Assembly: GCF_964204645.1 (NCBI RefSeq)
Contig: NC_134029.1
Span: forward strand, 10,008,850-10,072,849
DNA: 64,000 bases
Direction: 5' to 3'
From: Tubulanus polymorphus
Taxonomy: Eukaryota > Animalia > Nemertea
Position 1 is the stretch's first letter. Each line of letters begins with the position of its first letter. Shown piece by piece: positions 28,670-41,890 of the stretch. The translations under genes and the position numbers were made by a program. The notes beneath the pieces are model-generated. The model had not been told where the DNA came from. It saw only the letters and a program-made list of their open reading frames with translations, and ran no database searches.

Positions 28670-31600
28670 TATGGTGGCTGATAAGGGCCATAGCGTAAAA
28701 TTCCTGGTATGTAAATGAGGGCGCCAGAACGCCAGAACGCCAAAACGAAAAAAAACGTCCAATTTTCTCTAAAAGTTCGTTTTGGCGCGCCAAAACAACG
28801 AATATTCCGTTTTGGCGCCCCCGCCAAAACGAACTTTCATTTTGGTGCCCCCGCCAAAACGAACTTTCGTTTTGGCGCCCCCGCCAAAACAACGAAAAAC
28901 GTCCAATTTTCTCTGAAAGTTCGTTTTGGCGAGCCAAAACAACGAATATTCCGTTTTGGCGCCCCCGCCAAAACGAACGGCGGGGGCGCCAAAACGAAAG
29001 TTCGTTTTTGGCGCCAAAACGGAATATTCGTTGTTTTGGCGCGCCAAAACGAACTTTCAGAGAAAATTGGACGTTTTTCGTTGTTTTGGCGGGGGCGCCA
29101 AAATGAAAGTTCGTTTTGGCGGGGGCGCCAAAACGGAATTTTCTCCGTTTTGGCGCGCCAAAACGAACTTTCAGAGAAATTTCGACGTTTTTCGTTGTTT
29201 TGGTGGGGGCGCCAAAACCAAAGTTCGTTTTGGCGGGGGCGCCAAAATGAAAGTTCGTTTTGGCGGGGGCGCCAAAACGGAATTTTCTTTGTTTTGGCGC
29301 GCCAAAACGAACTTTTAGAGAAAATTGGACGTTTTTCGTTGTTTTGGCGGGGGCGCCAAAACGGAATTTTCTCCGTTTTGGCGCGCCAAAACGAACTTTC
29401 AGAGAAATTTCGACGTTTTTCGTTGTTTTGGCGGGGGCGCCAAAACCAAAGTTCGTTTTGGCGGGGGCGCCAAAATGAAAGTTCGTTTTGGCGGGGGCGC
29501 CAAAACGGAATATTCTCCGTTTTGGCGCGCCAAAACGAACTTTTAGAGAAAATTGGACGTTTTTTTTCGTTTTGGCGTTCTGGCGTTCTGGCGCCCTCAT
29601 TTACATACCAGGAATTTTACGCTATGGCCCTTATCTATGGTGGCTGATAAGGGCCATAGCGTAAAATTCCTGGTATGTAAATGAGGGCGCCAGAACGCCA
29701 GAACGCCAAAACGAGAAAAAACGTCCAATTTTCTCTAAAAGTTCGTTTTGGCGCGCCAAAACAAAGAAAATTCCGTTTTGGCGCCCCCGCCAAAACGAAC
29801 TTTCATTTTGGCGCCCCCGCCAAAACGAACTTTCGTTTTGGCGCCCCCGCCAAAACAACGAAAAACGTCCAATTTTCTCTAAAAGTTCGTTTTGGCGCGC
29901 CAAAACAAAGAAAATTCCGTTTTGGCGCCCCCGCCAAAACGAACTTTCATTTTGGCGCCCCCGCCAAAACGAACTTTGGTTTTGGCGCCCCCGCCAAAAC
30001 AACGAAAAACGTCGAAATTTCTCTGAAAGTTCGTTTTGGCGCGCCAAAACGGAGAAAATTCCGTTTTGGCGCCCCCGCCAAAACGAACTTTCATTTTGGC
30101 GCCCCCACCAAAACGAACTTTGGTTTTGGCGCCCCCGCCAAAACAACGAAAAACGTCGAAATTTCTCTGAAAGTTCGTTTTGGCGCGCCAAAACAACGAA
30201 TATTCTGTTTTGGCGCCCCCGCCAATACGAACTTTAAACCACGTAAAATAATTCTATATATACGTAAAATATTTTCATTTATGCAAATTTATGCAAATTA
30301 CACACAAGATCAACGCGCCAATTTGAAAAATAATTTTACTGTGGTTGAATGCTTGTTTTGGCGGGGGCGCCAAAACGGAAATAACCGCGCCAAAACGAAC
30401 TTTTCTTTGTTTTGGCGCGCCAAAACGAACTTTCAGAGAAATTTCGACGTTTTTCGGTGTTTTATGGTGGCTGATAAGGGCCATAGTGTAAAATTCCTGG
30501 TATGTAAATGAGGGCGCCAGAACGCCAGAACGCCAAAACGAAAAAAAACGTCCAATTTTCTCTAAAAGTTCGTTTTGGCGCGCCAAAACAAAGAAAATTC
30601 CGTTTTGGCGCCCCCGCCAAAACGAACTTTCGTTTTGGCGCCCCCGCCAAAACAACGAAAAACGTCGAAATTTCTCTAAAAGTTCGTTTTGGCGCGCCAA
30701 AACGGAGAATATTCCGTTTTGGCGCCCCCGCCAAAACGAACTTTCATTTTGGCGCCCCCGCCAAAACGAACTTTCGTTTTGGCGCCCCCGCCAAAACAAC
30801 GAAAAACGTCGAAATTTCTCTAAAAGTTCGTTTTGGCGCGCCAAAACGGAGAATATTCCGTTTTGGCGCCCCCGCCAAAACGAACTTTCATTTTGGCGCC
30901 CCCGCCAAAACGAACTTTCGTTTTGGCGCCCCCGCCAAAACAACGAAAAACGTCGAAATTTCTCTGAAAGTTCGTTTTGGCGCGCCAAAACAAAGAAAAG
31001 TTCGTTTTGGCGCGGTTATTTCCGTTTTGGCGCCCCCGCCAAAACAAGCATTCAACCACAGTAAAATTATTTTTCAAATTGGCGCGTTGATCTTGTGTGT
31101 AATTTGCATAAATTTGCATAAATGAAAATATTTTACGTATATATAGAATTATTTTACGTGGTTTAAAGTTCGTATTGGCGGGGGCGCCAAAACGAAAGTT
31201 CGTTTTGGCGGGGGCGCCAAAACGGAATATTCTCCGTTTTGGCGCGCCAAAACGAACTTTCAGAGAAATTTCGACGTTTTTCGTTGTTTTGGCGGGGGCG
31301 CCAAAACGAAAGTTCGTTTTGGCGGGGGCGCCAAAATGAAAGTTCGTTTTGGCGGGGGCGCCAAAACGGAATTTTCTTTGTTTTGGCGCGCCAAAACGAA
31401 CTTTTAGAGAAAATTGGACGTTTTTTTTCGTTTTGGCGTTCTGGCGTTCTGGCGCCCTCATTTACATACCAGGAATTTTACACTATGGCCCTTATCAGCC
31501 ACCATAAAACACCGAAAAACGTCGAAATTTCTCTAAAAGTTCGTTTTGGCGCGCCAAAACGGAGAAAATTCCGTTTTGGCACCCCCGCCAAAACGAACTT

Positions 31601-32510
31601 TTAACGAACTTTTAACGAACTTTAAACCACGTAAAATAATTCTATTAATACGTAAAATATTCTCATATATGCAAATTTATGCAAATTACACACAAGATCA
31701 ACGCGCCAAATCGAAAAATAATTTTACTGTGGTTGAATGCTTGTTTTGGCGGGGGCGCCAAAACGGAAATAACCGCGCCAAAACGAAATTTTCTTTGTTT
31801 TGGCGCGCCAAAACGAACTTTCAGAGAAATTTCGACGTTTTATCGTTGTTTTGGCGGGGGCGCCAAAACGGATTTTTCTCCGTTTTGGCGCGCCAAAACG
31901 AACTTTAAGAGAAATTTCGACGTTTTTCGTTGTTTTGGCGGGGGCGCCAAAACGAAAGTTCGTTGTTTTGGCGCGCCAAAACGAACTTTTAGAGAAAATT
32001 GGACGTTTTTTTTCGTTTTGGCGTTCTGGCGTTCTGGCGCCCTCATTTACATACCAGGAATTTTACGCTATGGCCCTTATCAGCCACCATATTTTGGCGC
32101 GCCAAAACGAAGAAAATTCCGTTTTGTCGCGGTTATTTCCGTTTTGGCGCCCCCGCCAAAACAAGCATTCAACCACAGTAAAATTATTTTTCAATTTGGC
32201 GCGTTGATCTTGTGTGTAATTTGCATAAATTTGCATATATAGAATTATTTTACGTGGTCGAAAGTTCGTTTTGGCGGGGGCGCCAAAACGGAATATTCTA
32301 CGTTTTGGCGCGCCAAAACGAACTTTTAGAGAAATATCGACGTTTTTCGTTGTTTTGGCTGGGGCGCCAAAACGGAATTTTCTTTGTTTTTGCGCGCCAA
32401 AACGAACTTTCAGAGAAAATTTGACGTTTTTTTGTTTTGGCGTTCTGGCGTTCTGGCGCCCTCATTTACATACCAGGAATTTTACGCTATGGCCCTTATC
32501 AGCCACCATA
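28670..32510. mobile_element. Nested and rearranged cluster of non-autonomous foldback DNA transposons (IS3EU-like termini)
   Basis: Outer ends TATGGTGGCTGATAAGGGCCATAGCG... and ...CGCTATGGCCCTTATCAGCCACCATA, flanked by CATTGG at 28664-28669 and 32511-32516. Left ends at 28670, 29636, 30463; right ends at 31506, 32091, 32510; a truncated right end at 29635. Lies in iGluR intron 1. Confidence 0.9.
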
Positions 32511-35500
32511 CATTGGAGTCATGCAAATATTTCGATGTGATGGGTCACTACAAGACCTGGCGCTTAACTACCACAAAAACGGTAGTACGGAAGGTGTATT
32601 TCTTCAATTTTCCAGAATTAGAAAAAATTAAATTTCATTTCGCATTTTGAGGGCGATATATAGATTTTTTTGTCATTCAAAACAGCGAAAATGATATCAA
32701 ATCGGTATTGATGTTAGATTTTCTGCCGCTGCCGCTTCGATGAAGTAGTTTGCGCGACGATTCGCATCATTCTTCGTGACTAGTTGTAGAAATAGCGATG
32801 TGTAAAAATAGTGCACGGTGAGTCGTATGTGACCCGAGCCAATAGATCTGATTGCTCAACCATAAGGTAGAATTACATGAAAATCGCAGTCGCATTTCTG
32901 CTCAGATAACCACTATAATCTTTCCGAATTAATTTTGACAGTAATATTGAGTCAATATACACAAATAGCTTTTCTTCATTCTGGTTTTGCGTGCCCGAGC
33001 AAACATTAAACATTTAAGCAGCCCAGTCATCGTTTCAGTAAATATGTCGACGTTTCGTTTCGTTGGTTTTTTCGCCGGTTTGTTTGTTCAGGAAGGAACT
33101 CGAGCTACGGTTTTTTTGCGGGATACTCGTTTGCACGTCAATGGATTATTCAAATCACCAGGCGATCAACTCAAGGGGGGATAAAACATATCAATCATAG
33201 AAAACGAGATCGAATTCCCAAAGGAGAAAATGAACTTTATTGAGCCGTATAGATACATGATACATGTAAAGCATGTATGTAATGTATCATCCTTCGTTAA
33301 AGACCTTATACTTATCAAAGCTTCGATGTACTAGAATCTGTAATGGGTTTCGATTGTTTAATCAGATTTCAGATATGGCGTCGTATTTTTCCTTCTTTTA
33401 TATAAAAGCCGTTCGGTCCTAAAATAAATGTTTAGCCAGATGTTTAGTTCTTCGAGCGGAAATTACTAGCGGGGTCCATCTACCATTTGTTCTGTATATG
33501 TTAGCAGTTTAACTAGTTAGACTTCTTTAGTAACTAGCCTCTTTGGTCCTTTCGATTGTGCTCTTCCGGAAGAGGAATTATCAACTTTTTCTTTCGATTT
33601 ACGCAGTTGGAGGTTTTTACCAGTTCTTCCCTTTCTGCAAGGACAGAACTCTTTATCTGAGAAAAATTTTCCGTCTTCCGGAAGAGTAATGGAAAAGAGC
33701 CTTACTCGTCTTATGTCGTTTACCCTAAGTCTATTGCACAGGGCCTCTAGAAAATTTTTGCGTGAGTGTGTCTCACGCTAAATGTTAAGCCGAGGAATAT
33801 TTAAGTGGCAAATTATGCACGTGGGCCCTACATATTTTGTTCAAAAATTATACTTGGTTCAACAATGATTAACGATATACAAGCTCTATATAAAGACTCT
33901 TGCTGGAAATCAATTGCCGCACAATGTCGTAGGTTCGTGTTACGGTACGGCGTAAATATTCAAATCAAAGGGTCTGTCTGCATAAAGGAACGAAATAAGA
34001 AAAAACACAAGGACTCGCCAGAGGTGAAGTGATTGGAGTGAACTTGATGCCAGATCGCTGCCTGTAATACGAGTTCGTGGGAAAGCTTTCGAGTGGATTC
34101 ATCTCAAAGTGACGCGCTCAAGTAAAAATGATACAGACGCGTCGTTTGATAATGTCGTTTGATGAAAGAAGTCGGGTACATTTGCTCGATATGTCAAATC
34201 TCATCTTGATCTTTTTGACGAGCCGATCATGAGTGTAGCCAGTGGTTGACCAATGGTGCGATAAAACACCTACTGAAGCAGTTGTTAGAACTATTTGCAA
34301 AATGGGATATCGCGCGTATGACGAGCTCGCTCGGTACTTGAAATGGGATTTAAACCATCCTTCTCTCCTCATTTACGTCGTTGCTGTGACTGTATCGACA
34401 AGCAATTGAATATAGTACTGAACAGGGAGGGGGTCCTGCATATGAAACCGGGATATGAAACTGAAGAAAATCAGAACATTTCATCATGTATGTCTCTAAA
34501 TATGGTTGTGTCTCAGTAGATTTGAGCAATGATAACTCACTCGAAGGGATTTCATCGTTTAATCCTCCCCGCACCTTCACCGGGAATGTTTGAGTCATTT
34601 ACCAAGACTTTGATTGTACAGATAAGTAGGGACTCGCTATAAAACCTGCTCGTTATAACAAACCGATATGTCATTTAGCTATGGTCCTTGGCGCTTATGA
34701 TTACGTATTCTATAAACGCGGAAAGATATTTTTCATCGACTTGCGAGTACTCTGTATATGAAATGATCGACAAGTCCCCTTTCCATACCTACTTCTGTAA
34801 TCATCAATTGCGACCTCCAAGTGGGAATAGGTCATAACGCAATTGATAACGAAGCTTTCAATTTGAGAAAAATGGATGGAAACTATTCTCGCTATGTGGC
34901 CTTGATCTCTTCGAATTTGACAAAAAGGCTCGTCACATTGCAATTGCCAGTTGGACCACCAATAGTCGATACAGTCACTGCACTTGGTCCGTCTATTTGA
35001 TTACTCGGTGGGTAACATTTCGAACAGGTGGCGTATATCATAATCGGTCATACGCAGTTTTCAATCGGTTATACGCAGTTTTCAATCAACACTCATTGTC
35101 GTACTATATGGTTACCGAATACAAATACGTTTGATAATGCTTTATCATTGGTTTGTATTATGTTATATATTGGTTCAACATATTTCGATTTAAAACAAAG
35201 GCAAGTTAGATTAACTAACTACTAACCTGGTGGAAACTAAATTTCAACATCACTGCCACAATAGATCAGGAATGATAAATGCATTTTAAAACGTTAGAAA
35301 TTTCAAGGCAATATGATTTATAAAGCCCACCATATGTTTTAAAAAGGCGAGTAGAAATTTCCATCTTCTGATTGTTGCTTCGAGTATTGACCTAAATATA
35401 AAAATTCTACCGTCACGTTTCTGAGAAGAATTCACTGTTGAAGTAACATATAATGAAAGTAAACAGTTTGGCAATAGTTAAAAAAACTAGAGAACGAGCT

Positions 35501-37224
35501 AAGAAAAAATAGTGAAACTCGAAAAGATCGATCGGTGGCCATCATTTTGAATTAGAACAATGCGGTCGTCGCAGTTTTAGATGCAAGGTTTTCATGAAAA
35601 AAAAATGTTTCTTGGTCGGACAAATATGAATGTATTGAATCGGTTATTTTTCATGATGCCGCAGCAGAAATTGCCAGATCGATGACTGCGGCTGACAATA
35701 TGAGGTATCGTTTACATGTAACATCGTAGATTCCCCGGCTAGTTAGTTGGCCGCTGATCGAATTATATTCATCCATCAAAAACATTAACTCATACCCGGC
35801 TATAATAGATTGAATGTGAAACACTGACGTCAGCATACAGTCACCGCGCTACAGGCAGGCTTGAATTTTTTTTGGTGAAATTCTAACCCAGTAGTTACGC
35901 GGATATATCGAAATATCAATAAAAGAATCTCCGCGAATTGGGGAATAGATTTATTTGACGCTGGCACCAAGTTCCAATTTTTCTTCATTCAAATGTAAAT
36001 GTTGTTATACTCATTGACTCGCTGTGGAGATCTCGGTAAGCACTCACTGAATCTCATGTGATACCAAAAATGACATTACTTCAGTTATAGTGTTTCGTCA
36101 CCAAATCTTCCTTCGATTTTGTCTAAATTAGATAGTTGGTTTTGATAATGTCTTACATTACCTTCCTACCTACGTATTTCCACGTTAAAGCCACGTTCAC
36201 AATATCACTAGTTAGACCGTATGGGCCCGTACCTGGAACGGGTCAAATTTGGAACATACCAAATCATAATGTGCGTTCACACACGCGTTGCTTAATTGGC
36301 TAGAGATAGTTATGACTTATTCCGCAAGATGTCGCCATGAGTATTTTAACCCGAAATTTAAAGTGATAACAACGTAGAAAATTCGGAACGTTCCTGGATC
36401 GGTCATTTTGGTTAGTCTAAATTGGACCGGTCAAAAATGGAACGGACAAATCTAACGAATTGACTTGAAGTGTGAACGCCTGGTCCGTACCAAACCGGTC
36501 TAAATAATGTATAATGAATAATGTATAATGTACCGGTATAATGAACATCATATAATCATATAATCATATTGAACATCATATGATCATGTAATCAGGGACG
36601 TACGTCCATGATAAAATCTACGTCGGTGTTTCGTCGTAGTTTAGTTCGTGACGTCAGTATTCCAATGATGCGCCGTTGAGTGTATACAGCTTATACGAAT
36701 ATACATCGAGTATAACATTTTCTAGTGAAAACGGAGACAAGATGTATTCGACTGTCGGAAAACTATGGCGGCAATCTCATAAATCTTCAGAAATCGAATT
36801 AGTCTAATCTGACAAAGCATCACGTACAACTGAAACAAGATCCGCTTGCGATATAACGCGGTATAGTGTTTGACGTTTGAAGACGTGCATTGGCCGATGG
36901 GGATTGAAGTCATCGGTTTCGCCTCTGCAAAGTCCGGGATCATATTCGAGTGGCGTAAGTTTCTGGCCGATAATTCGGCTATAGCCTCCGGCATATGGCT
37001 ACATTTGAAAAACGGGGAAATTCTTATTTTGGTGTCAGCAGAACTGGGACCTTCGTATTACATAGGTTGAGTATCACGAACTCAAAAGTCGTGTTGATGT
37101 TATCAAAGGGTTAGTTTATTGTTAAAGTTAAAGTTAGTTTATTGAAAAGATTTCGACAGGCTGATGCAATATGAAGTAATTAAGTTTTTGGCAATATTGT
37201 ATTTTAGCCTAGATTCAGATATAG

Positions 37225-37905
37225 AATGGCTGTTTATTCAACGCAGGTCAACTTGAATTGACGAGTATCGGATTCAAACCCAAAATGGTGGTTTCGAATT
37301 TATTACAGTGGAAACCAAGATCAATTTCAATGGAATTCGAACCCAATGATGACTGGCACCGTTGGACATAAAAACATTTCCACTATTTCCAATATGGCCG
37401 TGCAAGAGTACTGAGTAACATAATGAAACGAAGAAAATAATCAACCATAAGATTTTTTTTATTTGATTTTAGAAATAGATACGTTAGACACTGATGGAAA
37501 CGTTGACGCGCAGTATTTCGTGGAATTGGCTAATTCTGGTATCCGATCTGACAGGGAGACGTTTCCGCGAAGCTAGGTCACGATTAGTCAGTAACCTAAC
37601 TGTGGTTTAGTTTCACGATCGGATATTTTCACAAACCACATAAGTATGGTATAAGCCCATCCGATTATAAAAAGCTTACCACCAACGATTAGGCAATTAA
37701 CTAGGTCACGATGACAACTATCGGTTTGATTTATGATTTGATAAGAGTGCCGACCTACATGCTCTACAAAGTCTTAACAAACCTATGCATTACTTTACAC
37801 CCCCTGGGGGACGAACTGAGGGGTCAATCAAAATCAAGAAACTTGAAATCTGATGGTATTGTGGTTCAGTGATAATCCTAGGAAATTTGGTAGAAATCCG
37901 TTAAG
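37225..37905 (+). repeat. Old dispersed repeat, copy 2
   Basis: Colinear, diverged homology to 9150-10155. Confidence 0.65.
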
Positions 37906-40188
37906 GAGCGTAAAGCAGACAACTCCCAATATTTCGGAGTTTGTCGCCTACGCCATAATAAACACTTTGTCGGAGTATAATGCATGATCCCAATAAAAGA
38001 AGCTGCATTCCCAGATCAAATTTCAATATGTATATAATACTCAACGCAATGAGATTACTGCCAATACTCGTTGTTTTTTACGCATCCGCCAAGGGAGATC
38101 TTGACAAGGCTAAACGGGCTGAATAATACATAAGGCGATTTTAACCCGGTCCCAATCTCATAAAAACTCTAGCAATTCGAGACATTGTCTTAAATAGATT
38201 CGAAGAATATGACGATACACTAAACATCCAGCATATAACATGAAATCGTATCATTTGCGGTATATATATACGGAAATAGCTTATTTCAAGAGTTGTCTCG
38301 CACTTTCATTTTTCCCTGATATAAAAATATATAGATGTCTGGATCCGGACAGAACGTGTCAATAATAACAAGATGGAACATGTCACTGTGACAATACTGT
38401 TTGTACAAATCTGGCGTCGTTGTAGATCGAAGCATTTATTTACGAATGCTCGAAACCCAACACTGTATTAGTATTTGCGATAACTTCAAGTGAAGGCAAT
38501 AGAGTCAAAAGCGTGAAATTGCGTGACAAACGACTGCTGGTCACTGCATACAAGTAAATATCGCAATGACAACGAAAATTACATACGCAATTAGTTAGCC
38601 ATTCAGTCGATATGTTACGACTGTCGATTTCCGGTAAATTATTACTTTCTGACAAGTTCACGATGAGGCGGCCGGTGGGAAATAACCGTGACACAACACT
38701 CACATTAACTAGCGGGTGGATATAATTGCCGGATGGTGATAGGCGCTGCCATCGAGTCCTTCGATCAGAAAAACAAGATTTGAAGAACGTTGGCTAGACC
38801 GTTTCAATCAAACATCATCTTTAACCATCACCATCATCATCATCATGGTTGGTGGGGGTTGGTGATTGCGGATGTATACCGTTTTATAAAACTTATAACG
38901 CTCCGTTTTTCATTAAGAATCCTGAATCAACTTCGAGGGAAAATCATTCTAATGGCGCCGCCGTCTGCGCAATATACAACAACTAAATATTTTGATGCAA
39001 GACCAGCTGATGGTTCTGACCGTTTATGGGCTGAAATTAGGATGGGTCAATGTTTGAATAGTAAGATATCATCTAAGTGACGTCACGAGACAGATATCTA
39101 ATTTGAATACGCGATGGCTCACACCTAATGGGTCATAAAATGTTCGTCGATCGTAGGTTCAGACATAATACGTTGCTGCATCAAGTGTTTGATGATTTAA
39201 CAGTGGATATTTAGCTTGTACTTCGTGGTTTATAGAATCAACGAACTAATGCTCCGTAAGACCATTCGGATCCGACTTGATAATGGAATTGCTGTTCGTG
39301 GCAAGGAACGTATGTTAAACCGAAGGCGAATTTTGAGGCAATTCTATAAAATGACTCAACTGCTCAATTTAAATCCCAGGCAAGCGAGGAAGTAAGCGCA
39401 TACTGATGTGCTTGCACGTGAGCCGATTACCCGATCGTTCATTCGAGTATTAAATACCGCCGCCTTGGCAAATGTTAAGTTCCTTTTTTAATTCAATGAT
39501 TATATCAAACGTGTGACCTTGTGGTAACTGTTGGCGAGTAAAATTCGTCATTAAAGATGATATCGTTCGACATTTTACTACCCGGTATACGGTGATGGAA
39601 TCATCAGCACTTGCAAACCCCCGTTGGCGTGTCTCGGTCGTAGCACATACTTGATTTCATGCTGTAAACTTGTATCGGTCCCACTACGGACCTATAGCTA
39701 GAAGCTGAATCATGGACGTCACAAGTGTTTACCATGCGTATAGCGTCGAGCATTCATTTATAGCTCATAGAGGACCCTGTTTTATGGGCATGTACCGGCC
39801 CAACTCCAGTTTATATAAAGACTTATGGACGTACAATACTCGATCGTATTTACTTGATATTAACTATCAACTCTTCGGATGTTTCTATCTCTAGCGATCA
39901 GCGATCTTATCCCCAGCTCGTGACTAACGCGTAATATCATTTATGCAAGGCTCGTTTGTGCAAAGGTTTTCACTAAAGATGCTTTGGTATCCGACACCAT
40001 GAGAGTATGTATATTAAAGATCTCGGGCCTATTTTTCCCCAATAATATCAGATCAAATGTAGATTCGAAAGCTATTCCAGAGTGATGCATTAATGCTACA
40101 TTGTCATATATTCTGACAGGCTTAACAGTTTCGTATACGACGGCCTTATACGTTTGCATTAAGAACGAAAATGCATATCGAAAATGCA

Positions 40189-40191
<3 letters not shown>

Positions 40192-40259
<68 letters not shown>
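40192..40259. repeat. (TA)n microsatellite
   Basis: Directly visible. Confidence 0.97.
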
Positions 40260-40262
<3 letters not shown>

Positions 40263-41378
40263 ACATTATACGTGTTTGGTGTACGTTTTACAAGGCGATA
40301 ATACTCCGTAAAAATCCCTTCGGATCCGCTCCAATATCCATAATTGTGGACTCACAACATACGACGCTCGAATAATTGCGTATACGTCAAACCAAATCTC
40401 CCCGCAGAAATCCTAGATGGTTCTCAGTGCCCTCTTTACATATAATGTCATGTGAGGCCAACAAAGGGAAAATATTCATTATTTCTTTTAGGGGGATGAA
40501 TTGAATATAATCTGTTCTCTGCTTGCGAGACACATTGATGGTGAAAGATAATTGTCGAAAGCAAAGCAAATCAAGCATTGCCTTTGAAACGACAAACAAC
40601 TATCATTTCAGGAGGAAATCATTTATGTGACTTGGCTTTCCGAAATATAAGAACATTCATTACGTGAGGAACATATTGTTTGTCGGTTTTCATGGTAATT
40701 ATCAGGGTGACCAAAATGCGAATATGTGAAATGAACAGATCTAGGAGCCGATGAAAATGATCGGAAAAATGAATCGACGCGTTTTCATTTCGATTTTCAG
40801 ACAAACAACGCAAAGTAAATGTGTCTCGTCCATCCAAAACATCGCCATCAATAGGCGTTGAAGAAGATACAAATACCAAAAGAAATTGTAAAATGAGTCA
40901 ACAGCTAACGCTTTCTAAATTTCTTGGATTATACCTGAACTGGAAATGTGTGTCAGATTCCAATATATGCAGTGCACATCCACTTAAATTGATAATTAAC
41001 TAATCAATTACTCAGTTTTGCAATTCTATCAAACATATAATTCGATCAGTTCACATTTCTATCAATGTAGAGTCTACTGTAAAAGAAAATGTTGCGCATG
41101 CCTTAAAGATAAAATGAAAAACCGCAGAAATCGTTTTATTCAGTAATCTTGATGCTACATCTTCATTCGATTGTTTGTGTTAAATCTGTGATTGTGTACA
41201 ATGACGAATATCTCAATTAATCTATTTTTCACAAATTAAATAATTTTTTATAGTTTGTTTATTTCTATATTCATTAATATTTTTTTCCCTTTCACTTATG
41301 CTCGAACACACTTTCTATCATCATTACCTTGTATATAAAAAATTATTTTTATTTTTTCCAAAATAATTTAAATATTTC

Positions 41379-41890
41379 TTATTAGGGTTTTCTGACTTTC
41401 GTCGAAAACCCTCTTGAAATTCTGTTGATTATTATTATTAATATATATATTCCGCCGATTTCGTCAAATAAAATTCATTTTCATTCAGATTCGGCAACTG
41501 ACAGCTTCGAAACGAAATGTATAAATTGATACTGTAATAACGGTCTCTCTGAACCAACAGCTTGTCTGAATGTACTTACCATCCTAAATGAAACTTAAAA
41601 TTACTTATTAGGTTACTGTAAATAAAGAATTGAATTGAATTGTTAGACAACAAGCACCGGCGAAATAACAGTTTGTGACGTCATTTAGTAAGTAAATAAA
41701 GAAGGTCTCCGAGAATTTCCAAATCACGGGGACTATACTGGGGTTAGACCATTCAACCAAAAAGAGGATTGCTCCGATAATATCCAAATCATCTCATTTT
41801 ATTTTTCCATCGGATACCCGGTAATTAATTTTTCCTTTCGATCACATGCATCCAGAAAACCCGTTATCGCTGCTTTGCAGCTATATTTTT
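41379..41890 (+). mobile_element. Helentron-associated non-autonomous element (HINE/DINE-1-like)
   Basis: 5' TTATTAGGGTTTTC...GAAAACCCT (subTIR plus partial IR), then an (ATT)n run; 3' GAAAACCC subTIR, GCTGC-TTT-GCAGC stem-loop and T tract. Confidence 0.6.

Noticed and set aside
28720-32460. CRISPR-like or REP/BIME-like array (palindromic repeats with short spacers)
   Set aside because: Spacers are short and themselves repeated, there are no cas genes, the context is a spliced eukaryotic gene, and TIRs plus TSDs explain the structure.
28530-32650. Long ORFs (up to 356 aa) with RFGAPAKTNF or FWRGRQN repeats on both strands, also at 51845-54082
   Set aside because: Artefacts of stop-free palindromic 30/144-bp repeats within TSD-bounded elements; no domain-like sequence, and identical ORFs appear on both strands.
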